A DNA stretch of 64,000 nt. It comes from a virus (Duplodnaviria > Caudoviricetes). The position numbers were made by a program, and so were the translations under genes. Shown here piece after piece: positions 37,691 to 47,471 of this stretch (position 1 is its first letter; every line of letters starts with the position of its first letter). Below the pieces are notes generated by a model. The model was not told the DNA's origin. It did no database searches and saw nothing but the letters and a program-made list of their open reading frames with translations. The DNA is taken from the IMG/VR virus record IMGVR_UViG_3300020045_006302, positions 20,697 through 84,696 of that record. The stretch is one strand, 5' to 3'.

Positions 37691-38620
37691 ATGGATGCAA
37701 ATTTAGCCGATAAAGGCTCTACAGAAACAGAAGGACTTAAAAAAGATGAAGCTATTACAATTCCTACTGAAAATGATAATGTAAGTTATGAGGAACTTAC
37801 AGTAAAAAAATCAGATGTAAATTTAATTCCTGTAAATGAAGTAGAAATACTATCAAAACAAGAATTACAAGTAAAGGAAAAAGAAATAACTTCATCTTTA
37901 AGTTCTTTTAAAGGAAATTATGCAGAAGTATATGAAGCTAATCATGCATTAGAGGATATGAGATTAATAGCGCAACAATTTCTAAAAGCGCAATTATGTC
38001 CACTTAAAAGTGAAGCTGATATTATATTAGCAATTATTACTGGTAATCAATATGGATTTAATTTTATAACTTCTGTACAAAATATATATCCTATTAATGG
38101 AAGAGCAGCATTATCAACTCATTTAATAAGAGCACAAATACTTAAAAATGGGATTATATTTGAAAAAATAAATGATTATGCTCCTGTATATAAATATTAT
38201 AAAACAGAAGAAAAAGAAGGAAATTTTGTATTAGCAGTTACAAAAGATAATAAAGCAATAGAAGTAGGATTAACTACAGATAAAGAATTACCAAATGGAA
38301 ATTATGCAAGAGGTAATACTATAGTTGATTATATTACTACATATAAGTTTACAAGGTGGGTAAAAACACCAGTAGGATGGAAAGAACAAAATGTTAATGT
38401 ATCTTTTACGATAAGTGAAGCAAGACAAGCACAATTATTAGATAAAGAAAATTGGCAGAAATATCCTAAAAGAATGTTAGATGCTCGTGCTTTTAATTAT
38501 GGAGCAAGAGAAATTGCAGATGATGTGATAATGGGAGTATATTCTATATCAGAATTAGCAGATGCAAATAACATTAAATATACCATTAATGAAAATGGAG
38601 AAGAAACAATAATAAATTAA
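37691..38620 (+). CDS. RecT/Red-beta-like ssDNA-annealing protein
   Basis: IITGNQYGF..SVQNIYPING..; FTISEARQAQL..NWQKYPKRML.ARA...GAREIA.DV.MG.Y. Confidence 0.7.
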   Translation: MDANLADKGSTETEGLKKDEAITIPTENDNVSYEELTVKKSDVNLIPVNEVEILSKQELQVKEKEITSSLSSFKGNYAEVYEANHALEDMRLIAQQFLKAQLCPLKSEADIILAIITGNQYGFNFITSVQNIYPINGRAALSTHLIRAQILKNGIIFEKINDYAPVYKYYKTEEKEGNFVLAVTKDNKAIEVGLTTDKELPNGNYARGNTIVDYITTYKFTRWVKTPVGWKEQNVNVSFTISEARQAQLLDKENWQKYPKRMLDARAFNYGAREIADDVIMGVYSISELADANNIKYTINENGEETIIN

Positions 38621-38660
38621 ACAAAATAAATATTAATATAAATTTTTAAATCAAAAGATT

Positions 38661-39302
38661 ATGGCTATTAAATTCTTAAAAACTCTTTCACAAAAAAGAA
38701 ATGTATCAACTTATTCAAAACCGTATGTAATTGCAACAGTAACACCAGGTGTTATTAAATTTACACACGATATTGCAGAAAAACTTGGAGTAGATGAAGC
38801 ATCTACACTTTTACTTCTTGCAGATGATAAAATTGTATATATTGGTAAAGGTTCAGGTTCAGCTAAAAAAGATGAAAATGGAACACTTGTTACTAACGAA
38901 AGAGGTAGGAAAACGTATGAAGGTAAAGTTAAAGGTTCGGCAGTAGCCTATAACAAAGACTTTATGCAAACGTCGAATGCAGGTGCATGGGGAGTTCTAA
39001 ATGGAGATGAAAATAAAACAGTTTATTTTACTCTTGGAGATCCGGAAGAAATTGGTGTACTATATGATGAAAATGCATCACCAACAGACCCTGAAAATCA
39101 ATATGTAACTACAGGTTATCCACTGATTTTCTCTAAAGAGAAAGCAAAATCAGTATCAGATAAAGAAGGTGTAGATGCAGATGTAGAAACAGAAGAAGTA
39201 GCAGATGAAGCTGATGCAGATTTTGATGCCCCTTCTACAGATGGACTAATGCCTACTGAAACAGTAGCAAGTACAACAGGATTTGAAGAAGAAGAAATAT
39301 AA
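38661..39302 (+). CDS. Hypothetical protein with very acidic tail (SSB-like candidate)
   Basis: Beta-rich core plus D/E-rich C-terminus; own terminator. Confidence 0.5.
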   Translation: MAIKFLKTLSQKRNVSTYSKPYVIATVTPGVIKFTHDIAEKLGVDEASTLLLLADDKIVYIGKGSGSAKKDENGTLVTNERGRKTYEGKVKGSAVAYNKDFMQTSNAGAWGVLNGDENKTVYFTLGDPEEIGVLYDENASPTDPENQYVTTGYPLIFSKEKAKSVSDKEGVDADVETEEVADEADADFDAPSTDGLMPTETVASTTGFEEEEI

Positions 39303-39328
39303 TCTATATAAATAGATTTTAAATTAAC

Positions 39329-39361
39329 AAGAGGGCTAATTAATTTTAGTCCTCTTTTTTA
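39329..39361 (+). terminator. Rho-independent terminator
   Basis: AAGAGGGCTAA/TTAGTCCTCTT stem plus T-run. Confidence 0.85.
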
Positions 39362-39407
39362 GCATCCAAAATAACACATTTTTATAAAACTTTAATTTAA
39401 TTTTATT

Positions 39408-40136
39408 ATGGGATTTAACGTAACAAAAGAAACAAGAGGAACAGCATTAATGCCAATACCTGTTCCAGTAAAACTTTTAGAAACACAAAGGGATCAATTA
39501 TTCCCTATGGGTTATAAATATAGTACAGCACGCTTAGTAAATGTAGTATTTGACCCAGAAAAAGAAGTAAAGCAAAATAATGAAACTACAGTACAGCCAA
39601 TACTAAGTTTTATATTTGCTGATGATAAACAACGTCGTGCAACTCTTACATTTTTTGTGCCAAGTGATATGGATGAAGCAAAAAATGATAAAGAAACAGC
39701 AAGACAACAAGAAAGAATTAAACATATTTGGGATGAAACTGTAGGAGAAGAAAGATTTCCTGAAGAAGGCTTAGCACCTACAGCAGAAAGTCATGGAGAT
39801 TTCTTTAGAGAAGTAGCAGATAATTTTAATAAGATAACTCGTGAAGTACCAGGAGGTTCTGCAGAAAAGCCTAAATTAGTTAAAATGTATACTATTGACC
39901 GAGTATATATAAAATTAACTTATTATAATAATAATATTAATTTTCCATTATTCGGAAATATTATACAAAGAGCAGAAACAGGACAAAAACCATTAGTATG
40001 TGAAAAATTAGATATTAATCCTACATATGATAAACTAAGTAAAGAAGCAGGAGCACCAAAGAATAGCGGAGGAATGTTACCTACAGGTAATGATTCAGCT
40101 TTTAATTCATTCCCTGATGATTTACCAAATATATAA
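39408..40136 (+). CDS. ssDNA-binding protein candidate
   Basis: Ends FNSFPDDLPNI (DDLPF-like tail); between the recombinase and primase. Confidence 0.5.
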   Translation: MGFNVTKETRGTALMPIPVPVKLLETQRDQLFPMGYKYSTARLVNVVFDPEKEVKQNNETTVQPILSFIFADDKQRRATLTFFVPSDMDEAKNDKETARQQERIKHIWDETVGEERFPEEGLAPTAESHGDFFREVADNFNKITREVPGGSAEKPKLVKMYTIDRVYIKLTYYNNNINFPLFGNIIQRAETGQKPLVCEKLDINPTYDKLSKEAGAPKNSGGMLPTGNDSAFNSFPDDLPNI

Positions 40137-40158
40137 TTAAATCTTTTTAATAATAAAC

Positions 40159-40189
40159 AAGCAGGTATAGATAATATACCTGCTTTTTT
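40159..40189 (+). terminator. Rho-independent terminator
   Basis: AAGCAGGTATA-GATAA-TATACCTGCTT plus T-run. Confidence 0.85.
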
Positions 40190-40200
40190 AATGCCTTAAT

Positions 40201-40449
40201 ATGAATACTATAATAGGAGTAATATCAAACATAGTGGATGTTTCTGTAAAGGGAAAGGATAAAAAACTAATCGTAGATTTATCTATAAACAGAGAAGTAT
40301 TATTTATAACATTTAAACACAATCTACAAATGTTTACAAATTATAAACAAGGAGATAGAGTTAAAATATCTTTTACTTATAATGGAAGTATTTATAAAGG
40401 AAAATATATTAATAATATTAATGGACATTCAATAAGCCTTGAGCAATAA
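40201..40449 (+). CDS. DUF3127-like OB-fold protein
   Basis: GDRVKISFTYNGSIYKGKYINNI resembles the DUF3127 GD.V.VSF...G..W.G.YFN motif. Confidence 0.55.
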   Translation: MNTIIGVISNIVDVSVKGKDKKLIVDLSINREVLFITFKHNLQMFTNYKQGDRVKISFTYNGSIYKGKYINNINGHSISLEQ

Positions 40450-41557
40450 AAAGAACGTTTTTCCTGATTTAACAAAGAAATACATTTTAGATAGAATTTC
40501 ACAAGAAAGACTAATGGAATTTTATACAGAAATACCTGTAATTGATAAACATTTTACAGGTAATTCTTTTTTATCTCCATTAAGACCGGATAATAATCCT
40601 ACTGCAAATTATTATTATACAGATACTAATAAACTAAAATTAAGAGATTATGGAATTAGTTTTAATGGTGATGTTTTTGATGTAATATCATATTTAACTA
40701 AAATAAGTATTAAATCTTCACAAGGATTTGTATTATTACTTCATAAAATAGCTTCAGATTTTCAAATACATAAATATGAAAGTAAGGAAGAAAGAGATAT
40801 ACTTAATTTAAATGTAAAAAATTATGTAGAAATTAAATCACTAAAAGGATATAAAGTAGTACCAAGAAAATTTAATAAAGTAGATTATAATTACTGGACT
40901 TTACAATATGGTATTACTCAAGACATGCTTAGAATAGCTAAAATAATACCTATAGATGAATTATATATTACAGATTTTAATGGATTTTTTTATAGAAGAT
41001 ATGTATATAGTAATAATAATCCCGGATATGCTTATTACGGAGGAACAGAAAATGGAGTAAATATATGGAAATGTTATTTTCCTTTTTCTACAGATAAAAA
41101 AAAGAAATTTACTACCAATAAATCCTTTATACAAGGAGAACATATGTTAGTTCCTGCAGAAATATGTGTATTAACAAAATCTTATAAAGATGTACTTTGT
41201 TATAAATCATTTGGAATACAGGCAGTCGCAGTAGCGTCAGAAAGTAGTTTACCAGATAAAGATTTTATATTTAAATTAAAAAGTTATTACAATGTAGTTA
41301 TCTCTAATATGGATTATGATACTGCCGGTATAAAACTTTCTAACAAACTAAAAAAAATTTATAATATACAGCCAGTAATGTTTACACAAGGTAAATACGG
41401 TAGTATTAATTATGGAGTAAAAGATTTTAGTGATTTTATAAAACTATATGGTAGAGAAAAAGCATTACAATTGTTAATAATGACAATAGGTAATTATAGA
41501 GAAGACTTAGATAATATAAATATAATTAATTATAATATTTTAAAAGATATTAAATGA
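40439..41557 (+). CDS. DNA primase (crAss-type, TOPRIM)
   Basis: SPLRPDNNPT, LRDYG, TKSYKDV, A..SES, MDYDTAG, KDFSDF. Confidence 0.85.
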   Translation: MSNKKNVFPDLTKKYILDRISQERLMEFYTEIPVIDKHFTGNSFLSPLRPDNNPTANYYYTDTNKLKLRDYGISFNGDVFDVISYLTKISIKSSQGFVLLLHKIASDFQIHKYESKEERDILNLNVKNYVEIKSLKGYKVVPRKFNKVDYNYWTLQYGITQDMLRIAKIIPIDELYITDFNGFFYRRYVYSNNNPGYAYYGGTENGVNIWKCYFPFSTDKKKKFTTNKSFIQGEHMLVPAEICVLTKSYKDVLCYKSFGIQAVAVASESSLPDKDFIFKLKSYYNVVISNMDYDTAGIKLSNKLKKIYNIQPVMFTQGKYGSINYGVKDFSDFIKLYGREKALQLLIMTIGNYREDLDNINIINYNILKDIK

Positions 41558-41901
41558 AAATACTTAAAAGTTTAAAACACGTAAAGTTAGAAACAGTTAG
41601 AAAAGTAGATATAAAAGTAGATATAAAAGATGATGTTAAAATTGTTAAAACTATAAAAAGTTCTAAACCTAAGTATAGTAATTATATTAAATCTAAACCT
41701 AATAAAAATACAACATCATTTTATAAATTAAAAACAATATATAAAATAAATGAAAATAACGAAATAATTAAAGAATATACTGATATAGAAGAATGTATAA
41801 AAGATTTAAAAATAGATAAGATTTTTGCTATAAGAATTTTAACAGGATTAAATAAAATAAAAATACCTTATAAATTAGTATATAAATCTAAATATAAATA
41901 A
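41554..41901 (+). CDS. Basic protein with a NUMOD1-like DNA-binding domain
   Basis: IYKINENNEIIKEYTDIEEC..L.I...I..IL.G pattern; no nuclease motif. Confidence 0.45.
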   Translation: MKILKSLKHVKLETVRKVDIKVDIKDDVKIVKTIKSSKPKYSNYIKSKPNKNTTSFYKLKTIYKINENNEIIKEYTDIEECIKDLKIDKIFAIRILTGLNKIKIPYKLVYKSKYK

Positions 41902-41919
41902 TAAAAGTATTAATTGAAT

Positions 41920-42348
41920 ATGAAAGCAATTAAATTAAAGATATTAAGGAGCAAAGAAGAAGCATTCATGTATGCACTTCTTCCCTGTACAGAATCATCC
42001 ATTGAAGCTACGAGAGTAAATAAAGGCTTAGATAAATCTATATTAGATTTTGCAAGAGAACAAAATATAATAACTTTTGACCAAGATATAGAAGGAATAT
42101 ATTATTTAGGAGAATTAGATAAATTTTCTTCATATGGACAATTAGTATATAAATTTCCATTAACTAAACGTCAGATAGTAGATAAAAAGAAAGAACAATT
42201 TAGAGATTATGGAATGGATATAGAAAAACAAAAAGAATATATGCATTTAGTAATTTTATGTTCATCTGCGGCAGTAAGTTGGAAAACAGCAATAAAAGCA
42301 TCAGGAAGTAAATTTGGAGTAATATGTAAAGTAAAACTACATGGATAA
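41920..42348 (+). CDS. Hypothetical protein
   Basis: ATG at 41920 (the track uses TTG at 41914). Confidence 0.5.
   Translation: MKAIKLKILRSKEEAFMYALLPCTESSIEATRVNKGLDKSILDFAREQNIITFDQDIEGIYYLGELDKFSSYGQLVYKFPLTKRQIVDKKKEQFRDYGMDIEKQKEYMHLVILCSSAAVSWKTAIKASGSKFGVICKVKLHG
41980..42000 (+). repeat. Degenerate motif copy (CTTCCCTGTACAGAATCATCC)
   Basis: Matches the core; one base shorter. Confidence 0.4.
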
Positions 42349-43057
42349 AATAGTTTATGTTACTATAGAGGAAAAAATAGATAAAATAGATTTAAAAAAT
42401 AATTACTATTATTATGATAAAATACATCAAGAATCTATAGCAGTAATTAATAATACAAAATTACCTAATAAATATCTAATAAATAAAGAAGGAAATACAA
42501 ATAAATTAAATATTAAATTTCCTTATGGTATTGGTATATTTGTAAAAAGTAGATTACAAGTAGTAGAAGGTTATATAGATAAAAACAATAAAGAATATAA
42601 TAGAAAAGTAGGAGAAGAAAGAGTAACTTATTCCGATTTTCCATTAGTATATAAAATTATTAATACAATAACAAAAGAAGTATTAGAAGTAATACCAACA
42701 AATAAAGAAGAATTTGATTATAAACCTTTAATCAATGAATTGAAAGACTTTCTAAAGGGAAAGGATGATGTAGAAATAGTATCATTAGTAGGTAATCAAT
42801 TAAAAATAAAAGTGAAAATGAATTTAGTTGCAAAATATGCAGGAAGAGTTATAGAATTAAGAAAAGACTTAGAAATACATAAAAAAGGAGAAAGACTTAC
42901 TATAGATAAAATAGAATTAGATACTATTGAAAAAGGTAAAGGAATTAAAATATATTTTGATTTAGGAGAAGAATCTTCTGTAGAAGAAATTAATGATGCT
43001 CCTGGAAATTGGAAATATGAAACATGGTTAAGTAAAAACATTAAAATAATTTATTAA
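42341..43057 (+). CDS. Hypothetical protein
   Basis: 238-aa packed ORF. Confidence 0.5.
   Translation: MDKIVYVTIEEKIDKIDLKNNYYYYDKIHQESIAVINNTKLPNKYLINKEGNTNKLNIKFPYGIGIFVKSRLQVVEGYIDKNNKEYNRKVGEERVTYSDFPLVYKIINTITKEVLEVIPTNKEEFDYKPLINELKDFLKGKDDVEIVSLVGNQLKIKVKMNLVAKYAGRVIELRKDLEIHKKGERLTIDKIELDTIEKGKGIKIYFDLGEESSVEEINDAPGNWKYETWLSKNIKIIY
42741..42762 (-). repeat. 22-bp dispersed motif copy (TTTCCCTTTAGAAAGTCTTTCA)
   Basis: Coding; two deviations from the consensus. Confidence 0.7.
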
Positions 43058-43058
43058 T

Positions 43059-43286
43059 ATGACTGCACAAGAAGCAAGAGAAATAACAGAAGAAAATTCA
43101 AAATATATAGAAGATAAATTAAAAACTATATTTGAAAAAATAAAAGAAAAATGTATAGAAGGTAAGGATAGCATTTCTATAGATATACCTGAAAGTAATT
43201 ATAACGTATATACAAAAAAATTAAGAGATTTGGATTATGATGTAACAAGAAATCAAAATACAACTATATACATAATATCTTGGTAA
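43059..43286 (+). CDS. Small hypothetical protein
   Basis: MTAQEAREIT..L..LDYDV..IISW pattern common in phages. Confidence 0.5.
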   Translation: MTAQEAREITEENSKYIEDKLKTIFEKIKEKCIEGKDSISIDIPESNYNVYTKKLRDLDYDVTRNQNTTIYIISW

Positions 43287-43288
43287 AT

Positions 43289-44545
43289 ATGGATACATTA
43301 TATAAATTATCTAACGGAAAAATATTACAATGGTCTGCAAATGTTGTAGATAATATATCTTCAGCTTCTATAGTAATTAAACATGGAGAAATGAATGGTA
43401 AATTACAAGATGATGTAAGACATGGTATCGTAGGTAAAAATAAAAATAAAAAAAATGAAACTAGTATTTTAGTACAAGCAAGTAATGAAATAGAAAGTTT
43501 ATATCAAGATAAAAGAAAAAGAGGATATAAATCATTAAAAGATTTAGAAATATTAACTTTTTCTGTAGATGATAGTATTACCTATTTAGAGCAATTATTA
43601 AAATCTAAATTATCAGAAGATTTAACAACTTTACAAGGTTATATAAAACCTATGAAATGTCAACAGTATTATAGAAGTAAACCTAATTGGATTTCTCCTG
43701 AAGGAATAGAATATAAAGATAGAAAATATTATTATCTTAAAAATCCTAATGTAGAAAAAGAACCTAAATCAATTATAATAGATTTTCCTGCTATAATTCA
43801 ACCTAAAATTAATGGAGTACGATGTACACCGCAAGTAGTAGGAAATGAATTAAAGTTATTAAGTAAAGAAGGATTAGAATATAAAATACCTCATATTACT
43901 AATGCATTAAATGTAATATTACCTATACTTATAGAAAATAATTACATATTAGATGGAGAACTTTATATACCTGGGGAAGCTTTACAAAATATTACATCAG
44001 CTGTAAAAAAAGAAAATTTATATACATCTTTAATAGAATTTCATGTATTTGATTTAGCTATTCCTAATATGATTAATAAGGATAGATTAGAATTACTTAA
44101 AAATCTTTTATTTGAAGTAAATGATATTTGTATTAAATTAGTACCTTCTATACAAGTTACTAATGATGCTACAGTACAATTACTTACGGATACTTTTATT
44201 AAAGAAGGATATGAAGGAAGTATAATAAGAAATCCTAAAGGATTATATAATTTCGGAGGTAGACCTAAAAATATTGTTAAACTTAAAAGATTAATAGATG
44301 AAGAATTTGAAATTATAGGTATAGTTTCTCAATCAGTTGATGCATCATTAGGAATGTTTGCTTGTAAAACAAAAGATGGTAAAGAATTTACAGCAAATCC
44401 TACTATGAGTGAAAATGATAAAAGAGCATTATTTATAATACCGGAAGAATATATAGGTAAAATGTTAACTTGTTCTTTTTATGAATATACGGAAGATGGT
44501 AAACCTTTTCATATAGTAGATACAGTAATTAGAGATTATGAATAA
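43289..44545 (+). CDS. ATP-dependent DNA ligase
   Basis: KPMKCQ; motif I QPKINGVR; LDGELY; FHVFDL; EGYEGSIIRN; VKLK; OB domain; ATG at 43289. Confidence 0.9.
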   Translation: MDTLYKLSNGKILQWSANVVDNISSASIVIKHGEMNGKLQDDVRHGIVGKNKNKKNETSILVQASNEIESLYQDKRKRGYKSLKDLEILTFSVDDSITYLEQLLKSKLSEDLTTLQGYIKPMKCQQYYRSKPNWISPEGIEYKDRKYYYLKNPNVEKEPKSIIIDFPAIIQPKINGVRCTPQVVGNELKLLSKEGLEYKIPHITNALNVILPILIENNYILDGELYIPGEALQNITSAVKKENLYTSLIEFHVFDLAIPNMINKDRLELLKNLLFEVNDICIKLVPSIQVTNDATVQLLTDTFIKEGYEGSIIRNPKGLYNFGGRPKNIVKLKRLIDEEFEIIGIVSQSVDASLGMFACKTKDGKEFTANPTMSENDKRALFIIPEEYIGKMLTCSFYEYTEDGKPFHIVDTVIRDYE

Positions 44546-44553
44546 TAAATATT

Positions 44554-44997
44554 ATGAGTACTTATGCATATAAAATATTAAAAGATATTGTAGATTTTAA
44601 AATTACAGAAGAAGAAGGAGAAAAATTATTATTAGAATTTTTTAATAATTATTGGGAACCTTCTGAAAATAGAAGATTACCAAGAGATTTAGAATTACCT
44701 AAAGATAAAATATATTTATTAGAATTGTATGGAGATAGATGTATATTTTGTAATATAATAATGATATCTGATACAGGTTTTCAAACTAAATTAACATCAG
44801 AAGATAATTTAACAATAGAACATATTTTACCAAGAAGTAAAGGAGGACCTAATCATTTAGATAATAAATGTTTATCTTGTGCAAGTTGTAATAGTAGAAA
44901 ACAAAGTAATATAATACCTGCAATAAATAGAATACAAAAAGTATATAATAAAAATACACCATTTGAATATATATTAAAAAATCTAAATAAGAAATAA
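44554..44997 (+). CDS. HNH endonuclease
   Basis: CIFC..TIEHILPRSKGG.N..DN..LSCASCNSRK. Confidence 0.88.
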   Translation: MSTYAYKILKDIVDFKITEEEGEKLLLEFFNNYWEPSENRRLPRDLELPKDKIYLLELYGDRCIFCNIIMISDTGFQTKLTSEDNLTIEHILPRSKGGPNHLDNKCLSCASCNSRKQSNIIPAINRIQKVYNKNTPFEYILKNLNKK

Positions 44998-45013
44998 TTA
45001 ATAACAATCAAGT

Positions 45014-47122
45014 ATGAAAATACAACAATATACACCTGTTGAAGAAAATACAATAGGAGATTTTAAAGAAATAGAGTCAGGCATTAGAAGTTCAGATTTA
45101 GGATTTGCATTAAATGCTGTATCTAAAAATCTATACTCTAATCCTATAGGTTCATTTATAAGAGAATTAGTATCTAATGCTGTAGATGCAAATAAAGATA
45201 ATAATTCTTCTGAACCTGTATTAGTAGAAATATCTCAAGAAGATGGAAACTGGTATTTTTCTGTAAAAGATTACGGTAAAGGATTATCAGAAGAACAATT
45301 CTCAAATATTTATATGAATTGGTTTAATAGTAATAAAAGAGATAGTAATAATCTTATAGGAGGATTTGGTCTTGGAAGTAAAAGCCCACTATCTTACACA
45401 GATAATTATGAATTTATTACTATACATGAAGGAATAGAATATTCGTATTCTATTTACAAAACTAAAGATGTACCAAGGGCTACATTATTAAATAAAGTTA
45501 ATAATGAATTAGAAGTAGGAACTATAGTAAAATTTGAAGTAAAAGAAACAGATTTATGGAAAATTAACCAAGAATGTAAAAAACAATTACTTTATTTTGA
45601 TAATGTTATAGTAAAAGATAGAAAATATCACTTTGATAATAATTTTAATGTATTAGAAAGTGAATTATTTAAATATCGTACTAATAATACGGCTGTAGAT
45701 AAATTACATATATCTTTAGGTAATGTTCCTTATGAAATTGATTTTTCTTTATTACAAATATCTCAAATATATATTCCTATTGCTATTAAATTTGAAACAG
45801 GGGAATTACCAGTTGTATTAAGTAGAGAAAGTATTAATTATGAAGATGAAAATATAGATGTAATAAATGTAATTAAAGAAAGATTATTTACTGTTGTTGA
45901 AGATATTAAAGAAAGGTATGAAAAACAAGTTAATTTTACTAATTTTAAAGAATATTTAGATTTTCTATTTGAAGAAAATAAATACCTTAAATTAGGAGAA
46001 TTTAAAGTAAAAATAGATAAAGATGTAGTAAATAATATTAAAGGTAAATTAGCAATAAAAGAATATACCTTTAAATTATCTAAAGAAAGATTAAATAAAA
46101 TATCAGAATTAGTTTACACAAGCGGTGTAGTAAAAAGCGTAAAAAAGAATGATATTACTATATCAGATATAAGACGATATACTCAAGTAATTATAAAAGA
46201 TAGTAAAACTAATAAATTTTCTGAACAACATTTTAAAGGCAAGGTTTATATTAAATTTAAAGATTATAGTAGAAATTTATTAGAAACTATTGCAGAAGAA
46301 TTAGATATATTAGGAAGTGAAAATTGGCTATTAGTTTCTTCTTTTATTTATAAAGGAATTAAAGATTTTATTACAAGTAAATCTTATGGAATGTATTCAC
46401 AATATCCTAAGTATATAGAAGAAAAAATAACTAAAGAAGTAAAAGAAAAAACAGATTATATTACAACTTATACATCTTCTAATTCTAAAGAACAATTAGG
46501 GTATAATATATTAAATTCTTATAAATATATATTTTATATTATAAAAGATGATAAAACTGACTATGTTAAAATTGCAAATTATGAGAAATTATTTAGTACA
46601 TTTCCTGCATATTTTAAAACTCAATTATTACTAATAGTTGTATCTCCTACTGTAATTACTAAGTATAAAAAAGATAAAAGATTTAAAGAAGTAGAAGTTG
46701 TATGGTCATATAAAAAACTTTATAATCATTTTAATAGACTATTAATTACAAATAGATTTAAAGAATTAGATATACACTATGGTATAAATGATATAAGTAG
46801 ATATTATGCTAAATTATATTATGATTTAAGGACAGTATATAATTATCAATTAATAGATACTGTTTCAGTATTTCAACCAAGTAAATATAGTCCAACTAAA
46901 ATAGAAAAAGATATAAATATAATTAAATATTTTAATATTCAATTAAATTTAAGAAAAAATGATAAACATTATCAATTAATAGATAAATTAGAAGAATTAG
47001 AAAAAGTTAAAGACTTTTTACATTTATATTTATTAGTAGAAAGTAATAAAGGAAAGGAACATTATAAAGAAATATTTAAATATATTAAAAAACAAAGTAA
47101 ATTAACAAAATTAAATTATTAA
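45014..47122 (+). CDS. rIIA-like protein with GHKL (HSP90/MORC) ATPase domain
   Basis: LYSNPIGSFIRELVSNAVDA, KDYGKGL, GGFGLGSKS, VGTIV, LSRE. Confidence 0.8.
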   Translation: MKIQQYTPVEENTIGDFKEIESGIRSSDLGFALNAVSKNLYSNPIGSFIRELVSNAVDANKDNNSSEPVLVEISQEDGNWYFSVKDYGKGLSEEQFSNIYMNWFNSNKRDSNNLIGGFGLGSKSPLSYTDNYEFITIHEGIEYSYSIYKTKDVPRATLLNKVNNELEVGTIVKFEVKETDLWKINQECKKQLLYFDNVIVKDRKYHFDNNFNVLESELFKYRTNNTAVDKLHISLGNVPYEIDFSLLQISQIYIPIAIKFETGELPVVLSRESINYEDENIDVINVIKERLFTVVEDIKERYEKQVNFTNFKEYLDFLFEENKYLKLGEFKVKIDKDVVNNIKGKLAIKEYTFKLSKERLNKISELVYTSGVVKSVKKNDITISDIRRYTQVIIKDSKTNKFSEQHFKGKVYIKFKDYSRNLLETIAEELDILGSENWLLVSSFIYKGIKDFITSKSYGMYSQYPKYIEEKITKEVKEKTDYITTYTSSNSKEQLGYNILNSYKYIFYIIKDDKTDYVKIANYEKLFSTFPAYFKTQLLLIVVSPTVITKYKKDKRFKEVEVVWSYKKLYNHFNRLLITNRFKELDIHYGINDISRYYAKLYYDLRTVYNYQLIDTVSVFQPSKYSPTKIEKDINIIKYFNIQLNLRKNDKHYQLIDKLEELEKVKDFLHLYLLVESNKGKEHYKEIFKYIKKQSKLTKLNY

Positions 47123-47126
47123 TATT

Positions 47127-47471
47127 ATGGCTAAAAAACAAATTTCAGCAAAACAAGTAGGAAAGAATATCATAGTAATGATAGATGGAGTAAAACATTC
47201 TAAAGCAATTGATACTCCGGAAGAAAGACAATTAATATTAGAAGAAGTAAAATCTTATAATGAAAAAAATAATGCTACAAAATTAAAAGCAATTATTAAA
47301 TCATTATCTAAAGATATACCGGTTAAAAAAGAAACTAAAGAAAAAACAACTAAAAAAATTGAATTAGTTAAAGAAAAACCAGTAGAAAAAGAAGTTGTAC
47401 AAAAAGTACAAGAAGAAAAAACATATACTCCTCCTGCACCTACATATAGAAGAAGAGGTGGAGAATATTAA
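47127..47471 (+). CDS. Basic hypothetical protein (possible rIIB N-terminal stub)
   Basis: Directly follows the rIIA-like gene; lacks an rIIB core. Confidence 0.4.
   Translation: MAKKQISAKQVGKNIIVMIDGVKHSKAIDTPEERQLILEEVKSYNEKNNATKLKAIIKSLSKDIPVKKETKEKTTKKIELVKEKPVEKEVVQKVQEEKTYTPPAPTYRRRGGEY

Noticed and set aside
43289-44545. KxNG instead of KxDG in ligase motif I as a sign of inactivation
   Set aside because: The adenylated Lys and all other motifs are intact; variation at this position occurs in the nucleotidyltransferase superfamily
44554-44997. HNH gene as part of a novel system
   Set aside because: Free-standing HNH nucleases are routine in these phages and no linked partner or target is evident
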